Notes under the pieces: generated by a model
What the model was told of the DNA's origin: nothing
What the model saw: the letters and a program-made list of their open reading frames with translations, nothing else
Database searches by the model: none
Translations under genes and position numbers: made by a program
Shown here: in pieces, positions 1 through 14,623 of the stretch
Layout of the letters: each line of letters opens with the position of its first letter
Position numbering within the stretch: the stretch's first letter is position 1
Source: the human T2T-CHM13v2.0 reference genome, Homo sapiens
Direction: 5' to 3' (one strand)
Assembly (NCBI RefSeq): GCF_009914755.1
Contig: NC_060929.1
Length of the DNA stretch: 64,000 nucleotides

Positions 1-93
1 ATGATTTTGGATTTGGGGACATTGCTGGAAAACTTTCTGTACATTTTGAAAATTACATTTTAAGAAAAATGAGTTTACTATTAAAATACATTA

Positions 94-401
94 CTCTCAG
101 CCCTCCATATCTGCAGGCTCCACAACTGCAGATCAAAAATATGCAGGAAAAAAATACAGTAAAAAATAATACAATTAAAAATATACTACAAATTTTAAAA
201 ATAGAGTATAACTATTAACATAGCATTTACATTGTATTAGGTATTATAAGTAATCTAGAGACGATTTCAAGTATATAGGAGGACGTGCATAGGTTATATG
301 CAAATACTATGTCATTTTATATAAGGGACTTGAGCATCCTCAGATTTTGGTATGGGGTGGTCCTGGGACAAATCCCCTGTGTAGACACTGAGGGACAACT
401 G
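94..401 (-). mobile_element. MER2 (TcMar-Tigger non-autonomous DNA transposon)
   Basis: Reverse complement matches recalled MER2 consensus (CAGTTGTCCCTCAGT..., GGATGCTCAAGTCCCT, TTTGCATATAACCTA, CTCTAGATTACTTATAATACCTAATACAATG). Confidence 0.85.
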
Positions 402-699
402 TTAAATTCTGGCAATTAGGTATTCAAGATCACATAGTCTAATATAAACTTAAAATGAATTAGTATACACATCTATAATCTATTCTCAAGAAATGTTCTG
501 CATAAATTAAGGATATCAAAATGAAGTGGAAAGCGATTTCTTCATCCTTCTCCAATTTACTCTACACACTAAAAACATTAGCTTGACAAGCTTTAAAAGT
601 AATATGCCTGGTTTTAATCCTAGGTGGTAGTGATCACAAACCATTAACTATACGAAGTGTGATGGCAGAACTGGCCTGAAAGTCACTAATAAAGAAAAC

Positions 700-1520
700 T
701 GAACTCATGCTGTTACCACCCACTTCCAGTGAATGGGTCTTAATGTCCAACAATCCTCTTAGTTTACTCTCATCAATCCTTCCCATATTCTCCATGATGG
801 CTAATTCAAACCTTCTTTCCTCTCTTCACATCTCCAACCCCCTTCAAACGTCTAACTCTCCACTCGGTAGAGGACATCTACTTTACAGGAAAAATAGATA
901 CAATCAAATGGGAACCCTCTCACTTCCCACCAATAAGCTCACAAAGTCACTTATATCTACATCTGTCTTTTCTTAGACCCCAGAAATAATAGAGCATCTT
1001 CTATAGAAAGCAAATCTCTCTATCTGTGCTTTAGAGCCCACTTTCTTTGATTTTCAGGAACTTCCGCTATTGAATAGTCTTCCTCTATCTTCTTTAATCT
1101 CTTTTCTATTTTGAATCCTTCCTATCAGCATTGTGTAATACCTGTAAGTCTCTTTCATTTTTTCTAGAGAATAACAGTAATTTCCCCGTTCGACAGCCTT
1201 CTCTCAACCTCATATTCACAGCCACTTTTCAAGACTTGTTCTCACTGTTTCCATTTTCTCATATCTCCCACACAGTATCCATCTGATTTCTACTTCAGCA
1301 TATTCCACTGAAACATATACCATAAAGGAAGATTCACTCCATCTTGACAAATTATTTTTCCTCAACTTAAATCTCAGCAGTATCCTACATGGTACACCAT
1401 ATTCCTTGCTTTATTACTACATTGATGATCAATCCTTTATCCTCCCATTTGCTGGCTCTTCCTCTAGCCAAGTACTCCAAAAATAAAGTTGAATTCCTAC
1501 CTCAAACCTTCTATACCAAA
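700..1520 (+). mobile_element. Degraded L2 LINE fragment
   Basis: C/T-rich L2-like segments (ttcctatcagcat, ttccactgaaac, tctcagcag); boundaries approximate. Confidence 0.5.
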
Positions 1521-1559
1521 AAAGCACTTAAAAATGTTAAAAAATTTAAGAAGAAAAAA

Positions 1560-1805
1560 CAGTATGCCTATTGGTTTAAGAGAATGGATTCTGAACCCAA
1601 ACTGCATGAGTTAGAAGCTGGTCTCCATCACCCACTAGCTACATGACTTTGGACATGTTATTTAATCAAACATTCTGCAAGTCTAGTTCCCCTTCTATAA
1701 AATTGAGTTAGAAATTCCATCTACTTCATCAAGCTGTGATTAGAAATTGTGCCTGGTACAGAGTTATGTTAGTACTATTTGTTTTTATTGTCACTGTTAT
1801 TATCA
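1560..1805 (+). mobile_element. MIR SINE
   Basis: MIR core: ggtttaagagaatggattctgaa...actagctacatgactttggacatgttatttaa...ttctataaaattg. Confidence 0.7.
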
Positions 1806-2127
1806 CTACTAGAAGACACAATTTTTCTTATGATGTCAAGAATAAAGACTTTCAAAAAGAGACAGCAGTCTCCTAAATGATAAAAGAAGATCAAAACAAG
1901 TTGAAAAAAATAAAATAAAATTTCTGCATGAAGAAACTATAATATAAACAATGTAAAAAGATAAACTGGGGAAAAGTAGAACTCACCAAAAAGAGCTAAT
2001 TTACTTATTGGATATTATAGAGATTATAAATTAATTAGTAAAAGATCAATTGCCTAATTTAAAAAAGAAAAAATATGTACAGACAGTTCTCAAAAAAGAA
2101 ATTAAAAATGGTTCTTAAACAGGACCA

Positions 2128-4182
<2,055 letters not shown>

Positions 4183-7139
4183 TTTAAAATGTCTACCAAA
4201 CCTGACTCAACTATGGTTTTATTTGTGGATATTTTAATGTCTTAAACTCTATCAACTAGGTTAAAGTTCAGTTCATTTTTCTACTGACCTAACATCAAAG
4301 GTTGCATTTTTTACCCTTTTCTTTCACATTTCCTATCATTTGAATTTACTATCCTATTTTCTGTGAGTTTCTGATAGAAGTTCTACAATCTCCATTCAAT
4401 GAATGCCATTACAAAGAACTCTTTCAGGCAGAACAAGACCAAGAAATACATTAGTAAGTATGCCAGAAGGTTGGTCTACCTGAGATTACAGACTTAAAAG
4501 CAAGAGATCATTTTGTAGTCATGGGAAGTTTTGTAAACAATGGCAACATCAACCTAGCTTTGAAAGAACTAACAGCATTACACGGAATCTTCAAGGTCAT
4601 AATTCAGTAAAATCTCTCACAAACATATATAATAATTTATTAAAAGTATATGATTTCTGCTCCTTAACAGCAAAAATTATGTCTCAGTCACAACTACTAG
4701 TTATAACTGTTAAATGGTATTTCAGAAAGACTGACCTGGAAGATACATATGAGGCAGTATATAAACTGGGGAAGAGGGCATCTTGCCCAACTCTCCCCTT
4801 CCTCCAAATCACCAAACATGATGAGATACTGTTGACAGATATACCTTTAAAGATGTAAATTTATGTTAAGGCAAAAACAAACAAGCAAAAATCAGTGAGC
4901 TGGATTGACTAGAATTAGGAAATACCAACTAGCTTTCTGTAATAATCCAGACAAGAAATTATGAAACTTTAAATTACAGTGGTATCTTCAGTACCCAGAA
5001 GAGAAATACATTTTAGAGACATTGTTGAAGAACTCAGAGACTGATCAAACATAAAAGCAAAGAAGAAATTAAACAGAATGACCCAAAGAAAGGCAAACAT
5101 CATAGTACATTCTCAGAGTTAATGTTTGACTAAAATAATGTTCAATACAAAAATGTAACCTCACTCTATCTCTTTACTATGCCATTTCCCTCTTCTTAAA
5201 TGAGGCTGAAAATAATTTCCCAAAACATCATCTGAATACTATGCTAAATAAATATATTATTATATTCTTCTATATAAGTCAACAGATCTATCCTACAATG
5301 TATCTGCTCTTAGGTGACTAAATATGTGCTACTGAAAAAAAAAAGTAACTTTTATACCAATACAGGAATCTAATCTACATAAGTTTTTGGAGAGATAATT
5401 TTTAAATTATGTGGAAAATATTTCACCAGTTGCTCCTTTTCATGTAAATTTAAAAACGAATCCTCAGAATATACTTTCAAAATAGCAATCATTTTAGAGA
5501 ATTATATGTATTATCAATTTAATATATTATTAATGTTGAACTTAAAATCAATTTTTAAGATATTACTATGCAATTGACAATTACAGTGTACATGCCAGGG
5601 ATTAATGTATTAATGTATAAAGTAGCCAGTTCATTAACTAAGAAACACAATCATTTAAAATTCAAAAACAAACCATTCTAATAACCTGTCTTCACCAACC
5701 AATTTAGTGTCACTGTATAAGTTTATACAAAAGCAGAACTTTGAAATGTTCAAATATCAAATATCCTGAATATTCTTCATAATTTTTAATTAAAGGAGAA
5801 TGCTTGAATAAATTTATCCATAATCTTAAACATAAATTTCACAATAGAAAACTGGTCAAATGAGCAGAGATGCAATGAAAATACCAAGTCTATCATGGCT
5901 GAGGTCTCAAACACACAACCATATGGGTCATTGATTCAAGTAGCCTTAATGGTTTTATTAACGCTTCAAAACAATAACTGACCAAAGAGATGGTTTCTGT
6001 CTGGATTCAATGCCTCTAGGCACTGATTCTCTTGATAACTGGAACTGGGGAAAGCCATTTAAAAAAATAGCTCATAAGCACCCAAGAAGGGTGAAACATT
6101 GGGGTAACTTAGGTTTCAACCTTTCCACATCTATTAACCTAAGGCCATGAAGAGCAAGAAAAACTTATCTGCCTTTAGTCTCTAGAAGAATGATCCTTAC
6201 AATTGTTGTCAGTAATAGTTTCTTGGAAGGTTACAAAAATTCTTAACAAGAAAAATTAAACAATTCTCCAAGAAATAAAATGTACCCAAATAACAGTATT
6301 TTGTCTTGCTTTATTAATACTGAAAATAAAACTCTAAAAACTTAAATACAAACGTGCTGCAATTTATAAATTCAAACTTTGAGTACTGTGTCAACCTCAA
6401 GAGTTGACATTTATGTTTCATTAAACTAGCTCTCCTGCTGACAGATCAAAACAAAGCATACATTGTTTACTACTGAAAGGCATATCTGCATATATACTTG
6501 GGACTCAGACCACCCCAAATGGTTTCAGTTATCTCCCCAAATATGTTAGAAAAGAGAAAATAAAAAAGAGGATATTATATCCCAATGACCTTCCTATTCA
6601 TTTGTTTCTTGACTGTTTACATGTTTTAGAGACAGCAAGATATGTTGAGACAGACTTCTTAGGGATGCTCATATAATTTATACTCCAAAAGAAGATGTAA
6701 ACTGCCATTTCAACCCAAGTTCACATAAAACTTAGAATTCACACTAGATGTATTTAAACAAACCATCTTTGAACAATTTATGTATAAGGAAAACAGGGTC
6801 CAAACAACAAACATCACTCAACTACCCGGTTACTGATGTATCTGGCACCCAGACAATTTCCAACTCAATGCTTTTTTCACCGGTCTATTTGGTGTATTCA
6901 ATGAACATTTATTGAACAACAAACTACATGTGTGGGGCACTGGACCACTAACAATGGGGGAAAAGCACACATTACAATACAATTGTAAAGGTACTGCAAC
7001 TGTAATTGCTTACAATACAATGTAATAAGACAGGAAGAGGATTCTATGAGAAATTATTGAGAGCAAAAAGGTGTAAAAGGGCATTTTGGAAGGTAATGCA
7101 TGAGTCAAGACACAGTGGACTGAAGTTTTGAGAATCATC

Positions 7140-9226
7140 GGTGATATCTGCCTCACATGGAAAGATCCAGATAAAAATCAAGGATCCCATTTTTACACCA
7201 AATCCTGGGTCCCCAAAAGACAGAAACACTACAGAACAAAATAGTGAATTTAACTGCAAGGACATTTTTCCAAGGCTGGTGGCCAGCCCCAAGCCAATCA
7301 GCCCATTCTTCCCACAGGAGTCTTACTTCTCAGCGGGAGGTAGGATGTTTCCATACCTTCCAGGTGGTCAAAAGCATGCTTTTCTTATCTAAACATGCAA
7401 AAACCTGAATATCCCCTACGTAACTGCCATTAGCCATCCCTAAAAGTGTATCGCCTACCTAGCTATTACACACCAAGCTAAAAGTTCTCTCATAATGCCA
7501 AGTAATTTCTGATGTCCCCAAAAGTAAAAAAAGTCAGATAACACTACACAAAACAGAGCAGCAACTTTGATTCTGAGAGGGATCGCTCTGCTTACAATTC
7601 TTGCGGTTCCATGAGGAAAACAGAGATTTCTTCCAAAATTGTGGTACCTCTGTTTTTCCCAGGGAGACCCAGGCTGCTAGAAATTGCCTTAGGTTATCTC
7701 ATGTGGGCATCATGGGTAGTAAGAGGACAGACAGAAGCAAATGGAGAAACAATTCAGTCGACTGAGAAAAAAAAAAAAAAAACAACTTTTCCTCAAAAAA
7801 ACAAGATCCAAGAAGACAAAAAAGCTTATAAAGGCCTTTTAAATATATGTATAGCTTACCTACCAGCTTTTAATTAACCTGACTTTTAACCATAGAGCTC
7901 TTTTAAGGAAATCCTTTTAAATCTCTGTTTACCACACTCTAGCCAGGACAAACAGATGACACCTCTGGCTTTTAAGCCTTCTTTTTTTTCCCCAGTAAGC
8001 CTTAACTAAGATTATGACTTAACCACTGACACATTAGGTATTTCCAAAGAAATGGAAAGTGGTTTTACAAATGGCAAAAGTAGCACAAAGAAAGGAAAGT
8101 TTTGCCACGCAAACTGGGTACAACTCACATTTAGGTCTGGCCACATTCTCCAGAGTCTCAGTTTCCCAGCTAACCATCTACATACAAAGGCCTCAAAGCC
8201 CTGTATGCCCTCCACAGAAAGAAAGCAGGAAATGGAAAGCTGTCCATGGGAGGGAAAAGGGTCAATAAGAGGCAAAATGTCTCATAAATGTCAAACCAGA
8301 AAGGACTCAGTCCCTAAGCCAGGTATTGAATCCAGGCCATCATCACAAAAGGTAAAAGCCTTAGCTACTGAGCTTCAGTGCTGGGCAGTCACCATTACTC
8401 TTCCCAGAAGGAGCCTAGCACAGTCATTTTTGAGCTTGCAAAGCATTTCTAACTGCACAAGGGGATTCTCAAGGCTAGTCATGACACTGTTATTTAACCT
8501 CTTTTCAATTGTTTGGAATACAAGATTTCTAAAATCTTTTTTTCTTTCAATCGTGCACGTAGTTCCAATGGCAACTCAACCCAAAAACTTTTTTTAAAAC
8601 TCAGATCGTAATTTTCCAGGTTTTTACCATATAAGCAAGAGGTATTTCCAGAGAAGGAGTAGAGGAAGCATCCCTACTCCCCAGAATTATTATCCCCAAT
8701 AATTCTCTCAGAAAGAATGGGCTTAAGATAGCAAAAGACAATAAAAGGCCCATAGGGATGGGACCTTTTAAGACAAAACTCACTGAAGGACTGGATACAC
8801 TGGGGCCGAAAGTGTGCTGGCCTTTCTCAGACTTCCAGTCCTTTCAGATCAGCTGTTTCACATGAACCCCAAAACTCCCACCTCCAGATGGCAGAGACCA
8901 AGGGAGTATCCCCACGTGGTCACAAAGTCAAGCTCCAAGGACACAGAAGAAGACAAGAGGGAAACCTCATCCCATTTTTGCCTCAGGAACCCACAACAAA
9001 GTTTTAACTAACCAATCTGCAGGGCCAGCTGGACCAGCAGGCTTGCAGGGGTCCTATATCTATGTTCTATCCTATGGTATCTTTCACCATGATAGAACAA
9101 CACAGAAAGACACCAGATTCATTACAGCCTAAGACTAGACTCATAAATCTTTTTTCCCATTAATCAAAATCTTGCAAAGGAGACAAACAGTGATTTTTAC
9201 CATTCACTCTGCCAGTTTGCACAGAG

Positions 9227-9265
<39 letters not shown>

Positions 9266-9927
9266 CCGAGACCAGAAGCCTGGCTGGTAAGAAATTCTTA
9301 CCTTTTTGTTAGCTTGCCAGGTTTCTGGTTCCCTCTTCCTGAGTGGCTTTGGTGACCCTGCATGCTCTGCTATAGCTGTGGGGGCCAAGACGTGTTACAA
9401 AAGAAAAATCATCCTTTTTCCATTTCATAGAACTATAAAAAGCCTATCATTAATATTTCCCATTCCAGCCAGAGTGATATACATATAAGAACACAGACAA
9501 AGACAGACAAGAGGCCTCTCAGAACCAGAATCCTGACCAGAAAAGTGTTTTTCCAAACAAGCCCCTGTTCTCCATCTAAGTGGAGAGAAATCTCCCTAAA
9601 CCAAGACTCTCTGTACAATCTAAGGAGAGCTAGGTTGGCCCAAAAGGCGCCAACCAGAACAGGAGAAGGAAGAGGATGTTGGTAGTGCTTTGTACACTCA
9701 CCAGCCTAGTTTAAAGACATCTTCCAGTAACTGTTTCTTCACTGCAATTAGGCCCAAGCACTATGGGTTGACCGCGTCTCATTGGCAGAGACCGTATCAG
9801 AGATGGCCCTCAGTTCGAGACAAATAAGAAACGCCCGAGCTCACTCCCAGTTCCATTGTACCAGTGGAAGGCTGAGAGATAGCAGACAGGCACCCAGAAG
9901 GGCAGATCTTGGACAAGCCCCTAAATG
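7140..9927 (-). mobile_element. ERV1 internal sequence (HUERS-P1/MER4-group-like), non-coding, 3'-truncated
   Basis: Directly follows the LTR8 on the minus strand; tRNA-Pro PBS-like TAGGGGCTTGTCCAAGAT at 9923-9906 (14/18 match to TGGGGGCTCGTCCGGGAT); donor CTG|GTGAGT at ~9701; internal (GA)n at 9223-9264. Confidence 0.75.
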
Positions 9928-10716
9928 TGTAATTGCCTGATGGGCTCTTCCTGACTGCTGCATAGACAAAATCAACTTACAGAGATCACGGCACTGCAAT
10001 AAAGAGTTTAATTAATGCAAGGCCAACTACATGGAAGAAATGGCTCAACTGACTGAGTGAGACTGATTTGAGTGAGAAGCGACTGATTTGAGTGAGACTG
10101 ATCACTGCCCAAAGTCTCAGAGGCTAAAGCTTTTGTGGACAATTTGGTGGACAGGGGGGCTAGGGAATGGAGACTGCTGCTTAGTTGGGGATGAAATCAT
10201 AGGGGTAAAGAAAACGGTCCTCATATACTGAGTCTGCCTCATATACTCAACTGGGCCACAGGACCAGATGAGTCATGAATCATGGGTCTGCATGTGGTTA
10301 GTCTGAAAAACATCTCAAAAAAACCAATCTTAGGTATTACAATAGTGATGTTATCTATAGGAGTAACTGGGGAAGTCACAAATCTTGTGACTTCTGGCCA
10401 CATGACTCCTGAGCAATAAGGGATTATAAAAACTACACCTACATCTTAACAGAACTCAAGCTCCTCCCACAATTCTAATCTTGCGGTCTTTCACTAGTCT
10501 TAAAAGGCAGTTTCAGATTGTTTCAACAGGGGGGATTAGTTTTAGGAAGGAACTATTATCATCCTAGCTTCAAAGTTAAACTATAAAATAAATGCCTCCC
10601 AAGGTTAGCCTGGCCAATGCCCAAAAATGACCTAGAACAGCCTGGAGGTTAGAAGCAAGATGGAGTCAACTATGTCAGATTTCTCTTGCTGTCATAATTT
10701 TGCAAAGGTAGTTTCA
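9928..10716 (-). mobile_element. LTR8/LTR8A (ERV1) 5' LTR
   Basis: Minus strand begins TGAAACTACCTTTGCAAAATTATGACAG...GACTCCATCTTGCTTCTAACCTCCAGGCTG and ends ...GGCAATTACA, as in recalled LTR8 consensus; followed by the PBS. Confidence 0.85.
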
Positions 10717-10889
10717 AAAAGAACTATATATCAATATAACAAATGATTTATGATCTTAAACAATGTTAAAAATCACTGTAAATCCAAATTACGTCGCCAC
10801 AGAAATTATATCTATAAATAGAAAAAGCATATGAAAATTCAACTAACAAGAACATGCTGTCTATCTAATATACATCCAGTATCTTCCTG

Positions 10890-11016
10890 GCTATCATCAG
10901 GCACTTGGCACAAAGATGTTTGTGTTCACTGTTATATCCCAAACACTTAGAGCAATGTCATTTAGAATAGTTGATGGCTCATAGTAGCACACTTGATTAC
11001 TTGTTGAATGAATGAA
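10890..11016 (+). mobile_element. L2 3' end
   Basis: tgttcactgttatatccc...tagtagcacac...ttgttgaatgaatgaa, the typical L2 terminus. Confidence 0.6.
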
Positions 11017-12339
11017 CAGGGCTACTATAAAAGAATTTGTCTTAACAGAGCTTAAAACCCAAGATTAACATATTACGTAACAATAAATATACATATTAAA
11101 ATAATATTTGAGCACAAAATTGCACGGTACTATGAATATGGGTTGTAGAATTTTTTTAAATTGGATAAAGTTTCATAGAGTAGATGAAACCTAAAGACAG
11201 AAACTAAAATCACAGAAAAGTAAAGAGAAGGGAATTTCAGGCTAAATGACAAGTGTGAACACAGAAGGTATTTGCAACAGCAAAACGCCTACCTCAACCA
11301 AAGCAAACTTACTAAATAAAAAGGAACTGTGGAAAATAGGATGAAGACTGAATTTTAGCTCCTTGAGTCTTTAAAACCAAGAGAAGGTATTTAGCTGAAA
11401 TGTTTAATAGAAAGATCACCTAGGACTTCTAAACAGGCAGGGGCAGGGAGCTGAAATAATTCAAGTAACACATAATGAAAATTAGATATAGCGATATATT
11501 AATCAATTAAAGATAAAAACTAAGAATAAGATAAATGTCGTTGAAACAAAAGGAAAGAACAAAAATCTACTTCAGAAGAAAATCAAACTCTGAATGTGAC
11601 TGAACATAAAGTATAACAACTGTAGAATAAAACTGAGGAATGTTTCAAAGGTTATTTCAAGATGTTTTAGTTTGGATGATTGGTAGAATACTAGAACCAC
11701 TGACGGGAAAAGGTGTAGACTGAAAGAAACTCACGAAGAAGGCTGACAAGCTTCAGATAGGCCTCCCAAGGAAAGCACCTTGGGTGCATCCTCGGCTTTT
11801 CCGAACACACGGCAAATAGGCTTTTGCTAATACATAAAGGATGATCAATCTTTATGTATTGGAGACTGGTTGTAATAAGTTTGTAAGAGTTTTGTCACTT
11901 AACATACAGTGAAACAAACTATGAAGTGGATCAGATATTTAGGTTTACTAAGTGTTCCATTCGATTACTGTCTTAATGATATACTGGAAGCCAAATTAGA
12001 AACAGGATGCTTGGTGAGTAGTGATTTAGGGCAGAAAGCAGCAAATATCATTAAAGCATATTTCATTCAAGGAGTGATGAAAGTCTGATGAAATATACAA
12101 AATACCACACTAGAGGGTAGAATACTCTCAAACCCCAAATAATTTTGGGTAAATTACATTCAATTCTAGCTATTTTTATTGATACACTCTTTCTTTAGAT
12201 AAAACCTATCTAAAAATTACTCTCTTTGGATATGTAAATACCATTAATTTGGCTACAATCTAGTCTACCATGGGTCCTGGAGGGAATACTTAACTTATTT
12301 CTTTCATCGTATGTGGATTTTATCAAACACTTTAAGTGT

Positions 12340-12850
12340 TAATCACTCCTCACTGCCACCTACAAATAAAATATAAGTGGTATGGTAGAGATCAATCTCC
12401 AGTGTTATGGGAACACTCCAATAGAGTGATTAAATATACAAGGGAAGTCTATGAAATACTGGTTCACAGAGGTGACATCCGAACTAGTTTGACAAGGTTA
12501 AAAAGAGTATTCCACTATCAGAACAGGAAAGGAAGAGAAGGTCAGGCAGTTATACCTACCCGTACAAAGACAAGGAGAACAAATGGCACAATCCAGAAAT
12601 AATGTGAAGTTCCACATGGCTAGACTTTAGTATGGGTTGCACACAATGGATTCTTCTGCAAGTACTTGGAAATAATCCCAGGATATAAAGCCTGGAAGTA
12701 ACCAAATCAAATATGTTTGGAGAAATGACTCTGCAACTATAATGGGAAAAATAAATTGAAGGGGTAAAAGTAATTGGAAGCAAGGAACTATATTAGAAAT
12801 CCACTGAAATAGTCCAAGCAATACCATAAAAGCTTGAAGCAAAACAGCTT
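12340..12850 (-). mobile_element. Degraded L2 fragment
   Basis: Purine-rich antisense L2-like segments (gaaatgactctgcaactataatggg, aaatagtccaagca). Confidence 0.5.
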
Positions 12851-13588
12851 TTAAATCAAAAGCAAAATTTTTAAAATTAAAACTTTTAGAGAAAAAATAA
12901 ATTAGGCATGAGATTAGTAATTATCTCTGTAAGTTTCAGTAAGATAAGACTTAGGTGATTATGTAAAGATAAAATGGAAATAATGGGCATAATCATTGGA
13001 TAAACTAAGCAATAAAAGAAAAATCTGACAGTTACTAGAATACATATATATATAAAATATATTTATTATAAGAGAGAAATGTACATGCTTGAAGCAAAAG
13101 GGAAGGAACCAACATTAGGGAGGTGCTGAAGAGTTAAATGTGGGAATTTAACTGCTTAAGGGTCAGAAATAGATGAGATCAAAAACATAAAAAAGTTTAT
13201 CTATTACAAGATCTCATATATCCTACTGAATTGAAAGCACATATAGGTATGGAGATGTATTAATTCTGAAAACAGAGGTCTCACAGTTTATATGAATTTG
13301 ATCAGGGTAGTTGAAAAACTAGGTCAAGGTTCTAGATGTCCTACCTTCCAGTAGATAGAGTTATTTGAAGAACTTATTATAGATTATTTCAAATTTCAAA
13401 ATTCAAAATTCTCAGATCATCTCCTAAGAACCACAATGGGGTAAGGAGTTGAGCTGTAAAAGAAAGGAGAGGAAGAAGGGACAGCTAAAATTTGTGAAAA
13501 TTTTGACAAAAGAGGATCATAGAATTGATTGAATGATTGCCAAGCACCTGCAAATCTGCATGATTCAGCATATTAGGTAAAAACATCA

Positions 13589-13923
<335 letters not shown>

Positions 13924-14542
13924 GATTGATCATCATGGGACATTATACAGGTTACAAGAATAGGAAAATCCAGGATGATTAAGTGGGTAATCAAAAGAAC
14001 CAAAGAAAGCACCAAAATGGACAAGGTTTGAAAGAAAAATTTGAAGAATAACCACACCAAGATCAGGGTCTTCAAAGGAGGAAAAAAATGTCATGTCATA
14101 AGATAAAAACCAGAATTACCACTCTGGCAATGTGACTAAGAGGTCTAGAAACTTGAGAAGAAAAGTGTGATGAAACTATGTATGTGGAACTGATGGACCC
14201 AAACTGGGTTTTTGAAGATGGTTATTTCCAATAGGTTCTTTGGTAGGTCTGAGGACTGTCTAATCCAGAAGAGAAATTCTCCCATATAATGCCAAAGCTG
14301 ATAAAAGCAGCACAAAACAATCATGAAGAGACCAGCAGACTTCCTTCCCATAGAGCATCTCTGGTATCCCACTACTGTGGCCTTCACTGGTTTTCTAACA
14401 TACCTGCAGCGCTTACAGACACAGTAAACTGGACTGGAAGTAAAAAATGGGGGCCTATACTAAATATGAAATGAAAGAACAGAAGAATTTGGTAGAAAAG
14501 CAGCTAAAGAATAAGAACACCTATTGATATCTAATGTACATT

Positions 14543-14623
14543 TATTGGTTGAATCCTATGAAATTGCTAATACTTAATTGTCTTGACCTACAAAATGGCA
14601 ATTTCATATAGTTCATCTTAATA
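14543..14623. mobile_element. MADE2 (Mariner MITE, ~80 bp)
   Basis: Terminal inverted repeats ggttgaatcctatgaaattgc / gcaatttcatatagttcatct around the ttgacctacaaaa core. Confidence 0.8.

Noticed and set aside
8052-8597. Longest ORF in the window (181 aa, plus strand)
   Set aside because: Antisense to a degenerate ERV internal region, no recognisable domain, no supporting promoter or splice context
10051-10102. CRISPR-like or prokaryotic repeat-spacer array
   Set aside because: Only two short units, inside a primate LTR; the window is eukaryotic with no operon-like ORFs
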